From Perna viridis (taxonomy: Eukaryota): a DNA stretch of 64,000 nt. Under the pieces are notes generated by a model. That model was given only the letters and a program-made list of their open reading frames with translations, was not told where the DNA came from and ran no database searches. A program made the translations under genes and the position numbers. The stretch lies in NCBI GenBank assembly GCA_037379345.1, contig CM074512.1, forward strand, positions 40,548,001 to 40,612,000, given 5' to 3'. Below, in pieces: positions 14,001 to 28,591 of the stretch. Position 1 is the first letter of the stretch; each line of letters starts with the position of its first letter.

Positions 14001-16485
14001 AAAATATAATATAGAACAAGAAATAAATTTTACAGCCTTCAACTAATATCTGAGAATCAAGACTTCTTATAAGGCACATACAGAATAAAAATAAAAATCT
14101 TAACAACACAAATCATTTGATAAAATACCCCCTAAAGAAACATGTACATTGATTGCAGTAAAAGTTTTTTAAATCATATGCTAAAAAATAATCACATCTA
14201 TTTATACATTTTTTTATAGTGGTGACATAAACATGACTCCACAAATAAGACATTCAGTCTTCACAAAAAAACTTTTCAATCCACAGGCCAAAACAGCAGT
14301 TTTTTTATTCCAAGAAGGTAACTTATTACTTATGTGGGCATTAAAAAGTGTTGAATGGAGTGTACTGTACTTTAAATGCAAAGTTGAAATTCAAAATTGA
14401 AACATGACCTGTCAATTTTGTTAACTCATTTCTAGCATGAAAATAATATAAGCTTACATGTAAATTATTTCAGCTTATGACTGAAGTTGAACAGGCATGG
14501 GGCTTATATAACTATGCTTAGTGTTGGTAAACAGATTGAAAATCCACAATCGATTAATCAGAATAATCATTGTCAACTGTTTGATGTGATTTTCAATAAT
14601 AATTGGACTTTAGGTCTTTGATGAACCTGTTCTAATTGCATGAACTATTCAGTAATTCATTGCAGTAGTCAGTATCTTATTCGCTTATTACAACATTTGT
14701 AGATTGCCATTTCATGTATGTAAGTACATGTATCATACAGTATGGTGTATCATGGTATATGTTTCCAAACAACACTTTTTTTCCTGGATGTTCAAACAAC
14801 TTTTGTTGTTGCCATGTGAATGGATCCTGTCAATAAGTGCTTATAAGATAAGAAACATAAACAGATAATGGAGACAAAAATAAATTTTGATCTGGATTCT
14901 GAAAAAATAACCAATCATTGACGGAAATTGAAAAATCAATCGAATTTCAATTAAATTCAATTATCAGAACATCACTATACTGGTAATTTAAGCGTAATTG
15001 TGAGAGCTGTGGACATATTTGTTAAGATAAACAATGCAGATCTCAGAGATTCCAAATCATTTTCAAGAGAAGAAAGTTCTAAGATTCAATCAAATATATG
15101 GTCTAATTTTGGGGAATAAAAAGTCAACAACAAAGTGTCAGTTATATGTAAATGGGTTGAAGGTCCAGGACTCAGGTAAATAAAATTTCAAAGGTCCTAC
15201 ATGTAGGTAAGAAACTGAAGATCTCTTAGCTCGGACTGCCACTAATTTCAACAAAAGATCTACAAAGTAAGCATACATGTATTTCTATGATACATACATG
15301 TACATTTTGTAAAATACAAATATTGCTGTACTAAATAACTTCTGAATTGTTACATAAAATGTACATGTACATGCAAGTTGTACTTGCAAAGACATACAAT
15401 GTACATGTACAGTATTAAAGGGCTCAATAATTTCAAGTATGAAATGCACTCAAGTAATATTGATTACAATGTATACATATACACACTGACAAGTATCACA
15501 ATTGATGGTGAATTTCCCATATGACAGCTCCAAAACTTACTTTTAATTTTTCAAAGAGCAATATTGACCACAATCATACAAATAAGTAGTGCATCAGATT
15601 TGTTTTGTCACAAAAAAAAACCCAAATATGTACACTTTAATGAATTTGAAGGCCTGTAATATTTTTCTTGGATGCTGATGACCTTTTTAAGCATAAAACC
15701 CCATGGGCATGTACATGTACTACATGTACTTAAAGATATGTTTCACTTTAAAGATACTTTGCTTCTTTTGCATTATCCAGTGTTTAAATCAAAAAAATTA
15801 AGGCAGATGCATAATCACAGGAAGGGTACATTAAGGTAATAAATAAGAATTAAGAAGTCATACAATTAGTGATTTCTCTAGACCAATTTAGCATGGCACA
15901 ATACCATGCCTTTATCTTCAAGCTATATGCATTAAATTTTATTATATATGCCCCCAATTGGCCAAACCAAACATTCAGGTTTGGATCTATTTTATCATTT
16001 TTTTAAATTTTATTTGCAATAAAACATGTACTTCTGCTGTGTTGGAACCTATTCATGTGTATGTCTGTTTTCCATGTCTGGTCTTTGTCCCTGGATTACA
16101 TTCTTTTGAATACCGCTATAACCTTGGTTCCCTTGATTACTCTACGACACTTTTACAAAATCACACAAACGAGAAGGCTGTTTATTGCAGGTTTAAGAAA
16201 AAAAATGCCCTAATATATGGGTGGAGTGCCCCCATAATAATATTATGTAATGGTTTAGTGCCCTCCATATACATAAAGAACCATGCCTTCACATATTTCT
16301 GAGAAAAACACCAATAATGTACAGTAATTCTAAAATGTAATGAATATGGTTAAAAGATGCACCTTTTAGCAAAATTACTTTAATACAAATTTTTAAGATG
16401 TTTTTCTTTCATAACTTTGTACAGGGTAGAAGAACCCCTTACTTCATATATATATGTACATGTGGGCTAGATGTGACACTGTTAT

Positions 16486-16856
16486 GTGTCAGTCTCTGTA
16501 AGAATCAGGCAGTGAGTGAAACATGATATGTAAAAAAATCAATTTAACATTGTAATTTGACCGTTTGCACCATCAGAATCAAGGAAAAAAGACAATATAA
16601 CCAATACCACGTTGGTGCATTGAGTATAATTTCATTAAAATGCACCGAAAATTACCATATTAAGGACAGAAAACTGTCAAAAACCTCATATTCTAACACT
16701 GTATTGCAAAAGTTCGGAGCAAGCCAGTAATGCCGAGATCAATGGTCTTATCAAATAGAGAAAGCATCCTTGAGTGATTTTACACTGTCAGATCGGTGGG
16801 TTTTTGACATGCATATTTCTAATTTTTCCCATTTCGCCTGATTCTGACACTTACAC
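16486..16856 (+). mobile_element. ~380-bp TIR element family A, copy 1
   Basis: Aligns with 28207-28591 and 55077-55462; TIR core GTAAGAATCAGGC / GCCTGATTCT.AC; TTAA at the right end. Confidence 0.8.
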
Positions 16857-17768
16857 TTAATGCTAAAATACAGTAAATGTACATTTTTTTTAATTTAAAG
16901 GTAATTGAAGAAATACACAAACCAAGGATTAGAAAATTCTACAATTCTTTATATTTTTTATGCTGAAATTGAAAAGTTTTTGAAATTGTAATTACAAATT
17001 GTCACAGAAAAGAAAGCAGGTTGATCTATACAGTAGTTTAAAATTACTTAAGCATGTAGGGTTCACTAACCTGCTTCTTTTGTCATAGCAGCAAATTTCC
17101 AAATTTCAAACTGTTCAAGATTTAATATCACAATATGTTAAATGATGCTAGCAAATTTTAACATCTACGTACAGCATCACAATCACCCCCACACACTACT
17201 TTGACATTCATTAGTTACAATTTAATCAATACCACAGTCACATCACATGGAGGTGTTTTTTAAAAAAAAAATAAATGAAGAAAATTTTCACACGTGTTTA
17301 CTGCTATGCAATTATAACTATTGCCAGTGAGTCTTTCATGTATATGTGACAATTTTTCAACTCTTTTTTCTGACGACAGTGAAATGTTCATCAATGTTTA
17401 CAAATAATGTACATCTTATCAACAGCTGACCCAACTGATAAAACAGCAACGGATATCTTTCCCGATGAAATGATATTTCTGTGGAACAAACTAACTCAAT
17501 GGTCTGAATGCTCTTCAATTATCAGTACAAAAAATAAATGCAAAAGAAGAAATATGGATGTATTTATCAGACGAGACAGACTACGTGTCAGCATATTGAA
17601 TGAAAACAATGTGCAAATACGCAATAATTTTGAAAATGTTGTTAAGTCTGTAATGACACACAGTAAGCGATGTTGCATACTGATTTTGGGAGGTCAATAG
17701 CTATAAAAGTGTGAGTTTTGGTTACATAATATCCTATAATGACATAAATTTAGGATGAGGTTCATTAC

Positions 17769-17830
17769 CTGCTCGATAATACCGCCATTTTGAATATGAT
17801 TTTGGATTTGTTGCTGTGCATTGTGGGAAC
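17769..17830 (-). promoter_or_regulatory. Putative promoter/first exon of the FNDC3-like gene
   Basis: ZNF143/Staf-type site TTCCCACAATGCA (17829-17817), YY1-type AAAATGGCGG (17791-17782) and a strong donor CAG/GTAATG at 17769/17768, at the edge of a CpG-retaining region. Confidence 0.6.
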
Positions 17831-20800
17831 GCTCCTTTGACATTTAACCGGGACATTTCTGGCTACATCATGCCTTTCATTGGTAAAATTGATGTAAACA
17901 AAATTTCCGAAAGTTCGTTATTAATAACTTTGGTGCATGTGCTTATAAATCTGTTTACATGTATCAGAAGTTTCGGAAAGTCGAGAATACTATTGTAAAT
18001 ATTTGTGAGTTGTAGGCTATCTAAATCTATTTCAAAAACTTCGATTTTTTTGTTTTGAAAAGGAAACATGACATACTCTTATGTTCTGCACTTGGTCGTC
18101 TGGTTTCGCGCCAAATTTGCAAGACGATTGCAAGTACAAAAAGGCTGGTTGAATCCCGGGTTGGATCGTTAATATCAACTGTCCGTGCAAGACCCGAAAG
18201 GGTAGTCGAAAAACAAAAAAAACTAATCAGTAAATATCCTTTTTGGTGTCAATCAAATATCTAAATTTATGACCATGGTGCGACAATGGTGTAAATCTGA
18301 TCAAAACATTAATCTATAGCTTAAACGTTATATATTTACATGATTCATTCGATTCCAACATTCATTCATGAATTTGATAGTTATTTTGAGCTACTGTTTA
18401 ATATATATAGTATATCTCTTATATTAAGTAAGCTGAGGTCTCACATTAAATAAGCTGAGGCGCGGATTTAGACGGAGCCGGGAAAATTTTATTTTTTGCA
18501 CGATACTACTCAAAACTTTCTTGCATCGCTTCGCTCGGCATTTCATTTTATTAGCGCCCCTAACCTGAAATTACGACAATCACGGAATCATACATCAAAA
18601 GGACAAAATAGCTTTTCATGCATAGGTCTTTTTCAAAGACTGCTGTTTTTCAACGACGCTGGTCCGGAAGTAGTAGTGTTTTATAGCGAAAGTAGGGTCA
18701 CAGTTAAACATTTTTAGATGAATTGAAATTCAAGATTGAGGTTTTACGCAAAGTTATCGGGAATTTTTCCCGCAAAAAAACATTATTTTACAGTATAACC
18801 AGTCATAACGTACATCATTTCTAGTATTTAAGGATTACGGGGATCAATTAGAGTGTCTTTTAAGTATACGGTTTTAAACAACACAATATACTTAATTACT
18901 GAATGATTGATTGATTGATTGTCTGACGTCTAGTCGCAAATATGTTATGTATAGTATTCAGGACGAGAACAAAAATAACAGAAAAGAATATGAACAGTTG
19001 GGGCAAGTATGTGCACACTATTAAAACTTGATACAGCTTAATTTGATTGTGATTTGATAAAGAATTGACGAATTTTACTAGAATAGAAGTGGTGTGATGC
19101 AGTAAAATTCTATATAATTTATCAAAAATTGAAAATAAATAAAATCCCGTTTTAGCTTAAGTCAACGGATAAAGTCTATTGACAATTTATAGAGATTGGT
19201 AAAATGTAGGTGATATTTTCCATTGTTTAAGGATAAATAAATTAAAAATCATATTAGAAACAAAAGATAAAGTAATTTTGGTCAACGTAATCTTAGATAA
19301 CCAAAAGTTTCATAGAATTGGGCTAATGAATATTCATCTTTAGTAATTAAATGAAACTGTAAAATTTCATTGGTAAATAAAAATTGTCCCGTCAGCACGT
19401 GATACTGGGTATTCCAGGGAGCTCTGCCCAGCCCCGGCATCATTGTGTATGTTTGGACAAATAAAATATAAAATTTGATATCTTTATTTACCAGGTACGT
19501 AAACAATTTTAAATTTGATATTTGATTCTAACTTCTATTTTTATAATTAGAATTTATGTAGTAATGTTTATAGCTTAAGTTTCATTTAATGCAACTGACT
19601 ATATATAGTTAATTTCTTATTGATTAAAACAAATAAACGGAAAGTATTAATTAAACAAATAAAAGTATAAATAATATTAAACTAAAATAATTATGAAAAT
19701 ATATTGGATCACCGTGTACCTTTGGACAAATAAAGTATAAAACTTAATATCTATTTATCGGACCAGCCTCGAAAAACACGCAGTGTCCGACGAGCCATGG
19801 ACAAACAAAATAAACAATGCCAGACATAGTTAGAAGACACCAACACTCCACCATGTGCATCTATTCCCCAAGCAACATGGATGTCAAAAGTTTTTACATA
19901 ACACGTTTCAGACGGGGAGTAGTCGACAATCCCGAGGAGCCAAGCTATGCCCATTTCTTATTCTTATTTTCGTATTACAAAACCGTTTACTAGTATGTAA
20001 TGAAAAATAAAAAGTTTCAAAAGCGAATGATTATGCTGTTCCGTTTTCTTTACCACTGATGGTATAAGTTCTACTTGAAAAGGATGAAAAGTTAAGTTTT
20101 CCTGCCTTTTTTGTTCTGTCTGTTGGTTGTTTTGATGAAGCCAGTGATTTGTATATACACTGTACAAAAAACAATCATTGACAAACATGGGGAATTTCGC
20201 ATGGTGTACAGGTGTTTCGAGGAGTAATCCCTCACCAGTAACAAAAGAATTAATTACACAGGACGATCATTCGGTGGTGAAAAGGGCAACAGTCAAACAA
20301 AAAATACAATATAATACATCCTCAGAGGTCGAACCCAGAACAGTATGGGGGAGTATGAACATCCTATTACAAGCTTGATACAGCTATCATCGGAATTTGG
20401 ATTTGCAACAAAATAAGATTTTGTCCAGAATGGAAGTGATAAAAAAAAAAAAAAACAAAAAAAAACACGCAAATGGATTCATGTACATCTCCAAGTTTTA
20501 CGGGGGGGGGGGGGGGGGTGATATGAAAAGTGAAAAAAAAATAAATACGTGTCTTCATTGGCCATGACATTGGACTGTTGTTAATTACAATTGCTCCCTA
20601 ACCCAGCTGGTTATAGAAGTTGAAAAATCAACACAAAACATACAAGGTAAAACTAATATCAATACTATTGTAATACACTAAAATTCAATCAAACTAACAC
20701 GCTTGCTTCTTTGGAAAATAATAGATTGGAATAAAATGTTTCCTGCAATTTCAATTAAACAGATAGACAAATGTCTAGGACAAAAAAACTTAATTAAACG

Positions 20801-23800
20801 TTATATCAAATAAAACATAAAAAAAAACTTGGAGAACGAAACAAAAAATATTGTTCAAATTTTTATTTTGAAAAGTAAACGCTTTTCACATTAACTTGCG
20901 GTCAGCTGTTTAATTTCTTTCCAATATATTTTCCATGTACACTTATTTCCTAATACACATTCTTTATTTTCATTAATAAGCAATGGTAGGTTTATAGACA
21001 TTTAGCTGCACTTGTATACTGTTTACCGTCGCACGGTAAAAAAAAAAAAACTCAATCGAACTTGTTACTGAATTCTAGTTATTTCCAAATATTGTATTAG
21101 CTAAGTTGTAAGTATCTGTTTGTTTTTCTAAACAGAGTATGTTTAAACTAAATCATTTAACAAAGCATTACCAGTAACCGAACCACCAAAGTAAAATTAA
21201 TAACAAATAGGCGGATACAATGAAGCCCGGGGTCCACCCCCTTTAGCTCGGAAAAAAATTATTTTATAGGAAATCACTGAACCATGACAGTGCCGACCCC
21301 TCTTCGGCCAGTCAGTGGATATCCCATTTGAATCTCTGGATCCGACTCTGGAATATGATACCTAGCATAATTATTTTACCTTTCTCGTCAACTTTATTTC
21401 AAAATATAATGAATGTATACCATTGTTTATAGATTTGAAATGCAGGAAATTCAATTTCAAAGAACTCTCCAAAGATATTTTAATCGAACATCATTCGAAT
21501 TTGGACCATTTGGACTTCAATCTATCTGAACCATGGATAAATTCTGCGTATGGAAACACTTTGAAATTCTGTGTAACAAACAATCCCTAACTAGAATTCA
21601 TATTTGTTGAAATCGACTGCATTTGGGCGAAATTGAACAAGGAGCTTAAATGGGGTAATATACATATGCAGTTAAATCTAGCACATAATAAAACCGTGGA
21701 ACTGTAAACCCAACTAAAATTGTCCAGAAATAAGGGTTTTTTTTCACAGTTCATGTAAAATAAAAAAAAAAACCGCTTATGTTTGCATGGCACGTTTCGA
21801 TCGACTCAACAAGTTGTTCTTAAACGATAAGGGTAACTGGAATATAAACAAACAAATCAATCATATGTAACAACGACAGCAAAAAAAAAAAAAAAAAAAA
21901 AAATCCGAAACTTTCTTTTGAAGGAATTACACCTTGTGGTTTAATATCGTAAAGATCCATTACATGTTACTGCCCTAAAACCAAGAACACATTGTTTTGG
22001 TCCCTTTTTGCAAATATTATAGTCGTATGAAAAAAAAAACCTGGTTTTGTGTAGTCATAACATACTGTGTTGCTTCAAATCAGTTCACACTCACCGGAAT
22101 TATATATATTTCTATTGTAGATATCGTATACTCAGAGATCTAACACTCACTACCACTCTAACGCATGCAACATGCAATTTATATTTTTACATATCCCATA
22201 CAGAATTACCTATAGTCTAAATTTAGACGAAGACAGACATATTTAATTTGAACGAGATTTTAACTTATATTTCACTTTCCTTTTCAGTACAACTAGTAAT
22301 ACTTGTATTATCTATAACTAAGAGTTAGGTAAAAAAAATCTTACTGTTCGGTTTTTATTATTGTTACTTTATAAGCTAAAAGTGTCTCGTGTTTAGTTTT
22401 CACATACTTTTATTCAACAACTATCGGATCTATGCATTTTCGTTTTGCGGGGGGCATTTATTAAAGTCTGTTGCTGGAAGTATTCTAACCAATGTGTAGG
22501 AAACTCCCATTTTACATGCCTCATAATTTTGATAACTGATTCTTACAAGGTATTGTATTATTTAGGTTCCGCCTTAAATCAGGATAGAATACCCTTACAA
22601 AACGATTGAGTAATGCATTTATTATGTAATAATGGCTCAGCTATTCTAAATAGAGCAGTTATGCAATTCTCTTCCGCTTAATATGAATGAAACTATGTCC
22701 TTGATCAATTAAACTATCAGAAAGTTGAAATGTAATTTCAGGAAAAATACATTTATAGTCCTATGAGATAGTTGAGAAGTTTAAGAATTTTTAACCACAC
22801 ATTTCTATTCCATAATAGGCAGAGTTAACTAATTGAAACATTTCTTTAAAAGTACGACTAGATCGATCGTTGTTTCAATTTGATTAAAAATTGCCTATAC
22901 CTATAAAATGAAAATTGGAGCAAGAATAATCGACTGTCGAAAGTCGAAACAGTTACTGCAATGCTTGCACTGGTACATATAAAAGGTTATCGTTTATAAA
23001 CCTACCGGTATTTAAAACAAAACTGAATTATATACATGATCGTACTATATAATATTAATATTCATCTATAAACTTTTGTGATAAATAACGGTTATCGCCC
23101 ACTTCATAAGGACTACAAGTACATGTATATAGAGTACTTTTTAATGTTTCAGTTTACTGATATCACTGGAAATATATCGGTGAATAAAAACTATCAAAAA
23201 CAATACTCTGCCCTGCAAACATGCTTAAAAGCAAAGTTAGTATAAAAATACCAGTTACAATTGCAATACAATGTGTTGAATGATATTTTCCTAAAGAAAA
23301 AAATATAACTTTATATAAATACCTTCTTCTGATGATTTGCCTCCTCCCATCTTAATTAGGTGCAACTTATTGAATTTAATTAAAAATGGATTTTCCAAAT
23401 GTTACGTCTCCCATGCGTCAATGATTTGTAAAATGAAAGCAACCGGCATGTTACTGCTAAATTTATATTTCAATATAAGGAAGTATATGTTCACATCCAT
23501 GTTCATACGCCGAAATCTGAACAATTTTATTGGAAGTCCAATTTTATGTCTTTTGAATAAATTAAAGTAACGTACATAGCAAGGGTTAGCCCAAAGAAGA
23601 AGCAGAAGAAAAAGGTAGCGGTATAGCCTTCTTGGTTTATGTAATATAAACTATGGTAGCCCAAGGTTTTATTCATATTCTAGCAGGGAGTTTGATGTTG
23701 GAATTTTAAGAAGTCAAGGACCACCCCCTCCCCGCCACACACGCACAATTTTTTTGGTGTATTATATAATGTTGTATTAGTAAGAATTCACGTTCGTCAG

Positions 23801-26800
23801 CCAATAAGCGCAACTACTCGTTAACGTGAAATAAAGTTTAATGTAATTTAACTAAATGTAATTTTACATAATGTTTTGTGTATCATACTGGAAATCTTAT
23901 TCACACGGTTCAACTAAAATCAAGACCAAATACACGCCACAACAATCTAGTTCCTGCAACCTTTCTATTTCTGTAACAAGATGATCTGAAGATTGCTTAT
24001 GTACTCATTTAACATGAAACCAGGTCTGATCTCAATACATTCTTGTTCCAAGCGGTGCAGCTCTACCAAAAAGTCAACACTAAGGACAAATACACCATAT
24101 GTAAACTGTCCTAAACTAAACAGGAGAAAATTTCTTCAATTCTATACTTCTTGATATTTCATGTAACCTTTTTGTAAGAGGCACTGTATTTGTATTTGTA
24201 AACTGCACTTATCAGAAAAAATGTGAATGAAATAAAATTTCAAATGTTGCAGATTTTTGTCTGCCTTAATACAGAACAAACATAAGAAAGACATTTTTAG
24301 AGGTATGTATGATACCTTCATCTATTATTAAATATATTTTTTATCTTTTTTTAACATTAACTTATTGACAGGCTTGAATGACTCATCTGGAATATTTCTA
24401 AACACTGGTAAAACTAATTATCCCATCAAAAATATTACTATATACCCAGTAATACATTTTTTTCTAAAATTGGCATGTTCTTCATTTATCATTCAGGGAA
24501 GACCGACTTATCCAGATATAAACCAAACTAACAAATACATAACTCCTACACATGCATCCCATATTGGATATAAATAGAATCTGGGGTAGAAGTCAAAATA
24601 ATAAGCCAGAGACTGTAAAACTGACCTTTCAGACGCCAGAACCCTTCAGAATACTTTTATTATATTCAGCATTGGTATTTAATCAAACAGAAAAAAAATG
24701 CAATGTCAGGGGCCATAACTCTATCTATTATAGCACTGTTTTAAAATTGAGAGTAGTAAGTCAAACTCACCAAGACAGATTTTTTAATTTGTTTAAAGTT
24801 TTTACCAACAACTGCAGTAAATCTCCTATGTTGTGTATTTAACCAAAGCTACCATCTTAAATACAAAGTTAATAGCCATACTTTATTTTAAGTATCTTTT
24901 TTTTTTTCAATAAAAGAAAACATACAGTACCGGTTTTAGAGTCGGCCTTTAAAAATTACCCACTAAAATAGGACTTTTTTGAATGTTTGTCCATAAAGGT
25001 TGCACACATGGACCTTAACTCCTGGTGAGCTATAAAACTTCAGGTTTTTTCCAACGTTTGTCCTAAATTTCATCTACTTTATGTCTTAACAATATGAATT
25101 TTTCTCTGAATTACATGTTGCAGTTTTTTTGGTCATATCATTAATCAAATGAGATAGATTTGGGTACCAATCTCATATCTATTCGTAAGCATGTCCTAAA
25201 TCAGGAACATATTTATGGTTATTCCTTACTTGTCATTACCTTGTCATTCAATTTATGTCCTGTTTCAATTTTAAGATGGGATGATGATTTAACCATTTCT
25301 TGGTTAGGTTTATCTATTATTGGGTATATATCCTCATCATTAACCTTAGGTTTATAATGTAGGGTACTTTTCTCATGGACATTTTCCAAACATCTTTGTT
25401 TTACTACTCTGCTAGTTATTGAGGACATCTAAACAAAATATTCCTTTGGGCAAAGCTTAATACAACCACAGATGTGGAACCTTGTACAGTTGGTCAAGTA
25501 TGGGTACTATACTAGTTACCTAAACAAAAGGAAATCATACGATTTTTGCAATTTTGTATAAATAAAGTTCTTTAACTCAAAAAATAAAAATCAAGTAAAA
25601 GTTGGAAGGAAGCTCACATTAATAGAAACAAGCTGTTCACCAAAGTTTCATGAAAATCAATTGGAAAAACCTTTTAAAAAGTTGGAACAGACAGATAAAT
25701 GGACAAACAATGGTAAATCATAATGAGTTCTATCTGAAAAGACAGGCATATTAAAATTCAACAACATTGGTTAAAGCACCAAACATAAATAATAACCGAG
25801 AATGTAAAGTCTAATGGACAAAATTTAGGACTGATATGGTATACAAGGTATTGTTATATTTGGAACAGCTTAAAGCCTCCACTTAGAATCATGCCAATAA
25901 AGGAAAAGTTTTTTGTCAACTTTATAAATAGCCTATTAAATCTTTCAGACATTCCAATATGTATGGTTGGGAAGCTAGTCAAAACAGTTTAGTTAAAATA
26001 TAAATGTATAGATTAATTTGACTGATTTGGTATGTTAAAAAATTAAAAAAAAGAAAATATTTTGTTTTTGTGGATTAATTAAACAAATTTGTACCACATC
26101 TGTTCATGCAATCAATCCTTTACAAGAGTTAACCTCAATTGAATTATCTCCCTTTTAACAATTTATTTGAAAATTCTACAAACCCAACAGAAAAAAGATG
26201 TTTCTCTTTTGCAGTAAACTCATATGAAAATTGAGTTTAAATGTAAATTCATATCTCCTACAAAATCACAGTAACCACTTATACATTTGAAAAAAAAAAA
26301 AATTATCATATTTAGAGCATTCAATGCAATGCATCTCAATTTTACTTGAAGTATAAGAACTGTATGTTCCACAGTTTAATTGAGTACAAAAAACTGTGCT
26401 TTGTAGAAAATTATTTGGTTTTCACGAAGTATTTTTTTGCATAAAAATACTCAATACATTTGACCCAAAGAAGTTCTGAATACCAAATGCTGTCTTTTAT
26501 TTAAAAAAAAAATTAATTAGAAAATGTCTGAAAGCAATAACAAAGAACCAAGACATTAACTTTGAATGAACTAAATATATTTATAAATCTTTTCTTCTTG
26601 TTTTTTTTCATGAAAGAAAAAAACAGTCACAATGCAGTACTAAAGATAAATTGGGGAAAAGAAGCAACTTCAATTAAGGTAAAGACATTGATATGATACA
26701 TATCTTTAATAACTTATAAGTAATTGCTAAACAGAAGTAAGTAATAATGTGCTTTAAAAGTTGAAGTTATGGCTCTTCATCTTGTCCCTTATATTTAAAA

Positions 26801-26862
26801 AAAACCAGAAAAAATATCAAGTATTCTCTTCCAAAAAGACAAGCCCAATAATATGAAGATGA

Positions 26863-27669
26863 AACAAGAGGCTCCCAAGAGCCTGAATTGCTCACCTGGT
26901 TTATTAGCTTTAAACAGTTGAATACATGTAAAAACTAAAAATGGTCAAAAACCTTTGATCAAATTTGCATAGATGATATTTGTCATGATACTGAATATTT
27001 TTGCTGTTAACATTAATCATAATTCCTTTAATTTTTTTAACTGAATAACAGACTAAAAGTGCAAAAAATCATAAAAAAATGCAATTGAAAGATTTTCCCC
27101 AAATTTGGACAGATGATATTTGTCATGATACTGAACAGTTTTGCTGTTAACATTAATCATAATTCTACTAATGTTAACTGAATTACAGACTAAAAGTGCA
27201 AAAAATCATAAAAGATGCAATCTAAAGATTTTTCTCAAATTTGCACCAATTATAGATATTGAAATACTGAGAATTTTATCAATTTACAATAATCATCAAT
27301 CAGCCCTCGTTTTCTAATTAATATGCCAAAACTGAAACAAATATCAATAATGACATTTTCATGGGCCATAACTCCAAGAAGTGTTACAGACTTTTCTGAA
27401 ATTTGTACGAAATATAGAACATTTTATTAATCTACATTTGTTGTCTTAACAACTGTAGGCAAAACAGCAAAAAAAGTTATAATCAGCATAAAAAGGGCAA
27501 TAACTCCAAAATTGGTGAATTATTAATTTGAAGCAGTGGCCATGTTTTTTTGCCAAGGACGATAGCAGATACAATTTTGGGAATAGACATGTCAAGAATG
27601 ATTGTAAACAAATTAAATAAAATTCTGTTCATTGGCTTCAAAGATTTTTTAGGCCAAGTGAGCTAAAAA
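26863..27669 (-). mobile_element. Helentron-associated interspersed element (HINE/DINE-1-like)
   Basis: Minus strand reads TTTTAGCTCAC... at the 5' end and CAGGTGAGC plus hairpin GGCTCTTGGGAGCC then TCTTGTTT at the 3' end; internal ~140-bp tandem duplication; shares both ends with 51836-52770. Confidence 0.7.
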
Positions 27670-28206
27670 GACTATGTCATATGCTAGGGAGATTTTTTTA
27701 TGATAATGTCAAATTGTTGGCTTTGTGTTTTTACAATTTGATATGTGTAAAGATGTCAAGTTTAGGTAGTGTGACAAATTCCTGTGATTTTCCTGTTGCA
27801 ATTTCTCTACCATAAATGCTGGCATTTAATCTCTGTGAGTGTGTTGGAGTTGTAAGAAGTATGATTGGACAGACAAGACTATCAAAAGTCCATTAAAAGA
27901 CAGGAGTATATTAAAAAGGACCCTTATAAGCAGAAGTTTAAATTGAACAGTAGAATTTCAAATGATTATCATGTAAAGTATTGGTCTGTTTTAAAAACCA
28001 TGCAGAGGTTGATTCATCATACATGTATCTCAAGATATTTGATGAAACTGTTCAAATACATTTGTTACATCCTAAAACAAATCTTACTGTATTATTTTCT
28101 TAGAACTGCTATTTATCATGAAATATTTTTTGACAGGTCATAGTGTAAAGATTCTGACAGGAAATTTTCCTGTACTTTTCGGTAGTAGAATACAACCAAA
28201 TCTTAA

Positions 28207-28591
28207 GTGTCAGTCTATGTAAGAATCAGGCAGTTGGTGAAACATCGTATGAAAAACTCCATCATTTTGATAGTGTAATTTGACTATTTGCACCTTCAGA
28301 TTAAGGAAAACAGACAAGATTTTCCATATCATGCTGGACCATTTAGTCACAATTTCATTGAACTGCATTGAAAATGAACATTTCATGGGCAGATAACTCT
28401 GTCAAAAACCTCATTTTTCTAAGATTCTATTGAAAAATTTCTGCACAAAGCCAGTGATTTAGAGATCAAATAATGGTCTTTTGAAATAGAAAAGGTATCC
28501 TTGAGTGATATTACATTGTCATATCGGTGGGGTATTGACATGCATGTTTCTGATTTTTCCCATTTTGCCTGATTCTTACAAACACTTACAC
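28207..28591 (+). mobile_element. ~380-bp TIR element family A, copy 2 (TTAA-flanked)
   Basis: TTAA at 28203-06 and 28592-95; ~25-bp imperfect TIRs; nested inside a family B element. Confidence 0.85.

Noticed and set aside
15290-15730. Clusters of the TACATGTA palindrome
   Set aside because: The motif is scattered throughout the window and looks like a compositional or simple-sequence bias, not a discrete element.
19751-19954. GC-richer short ORF
   Set aside because: No recognisable domain or exon context; probably a repeat remnant.
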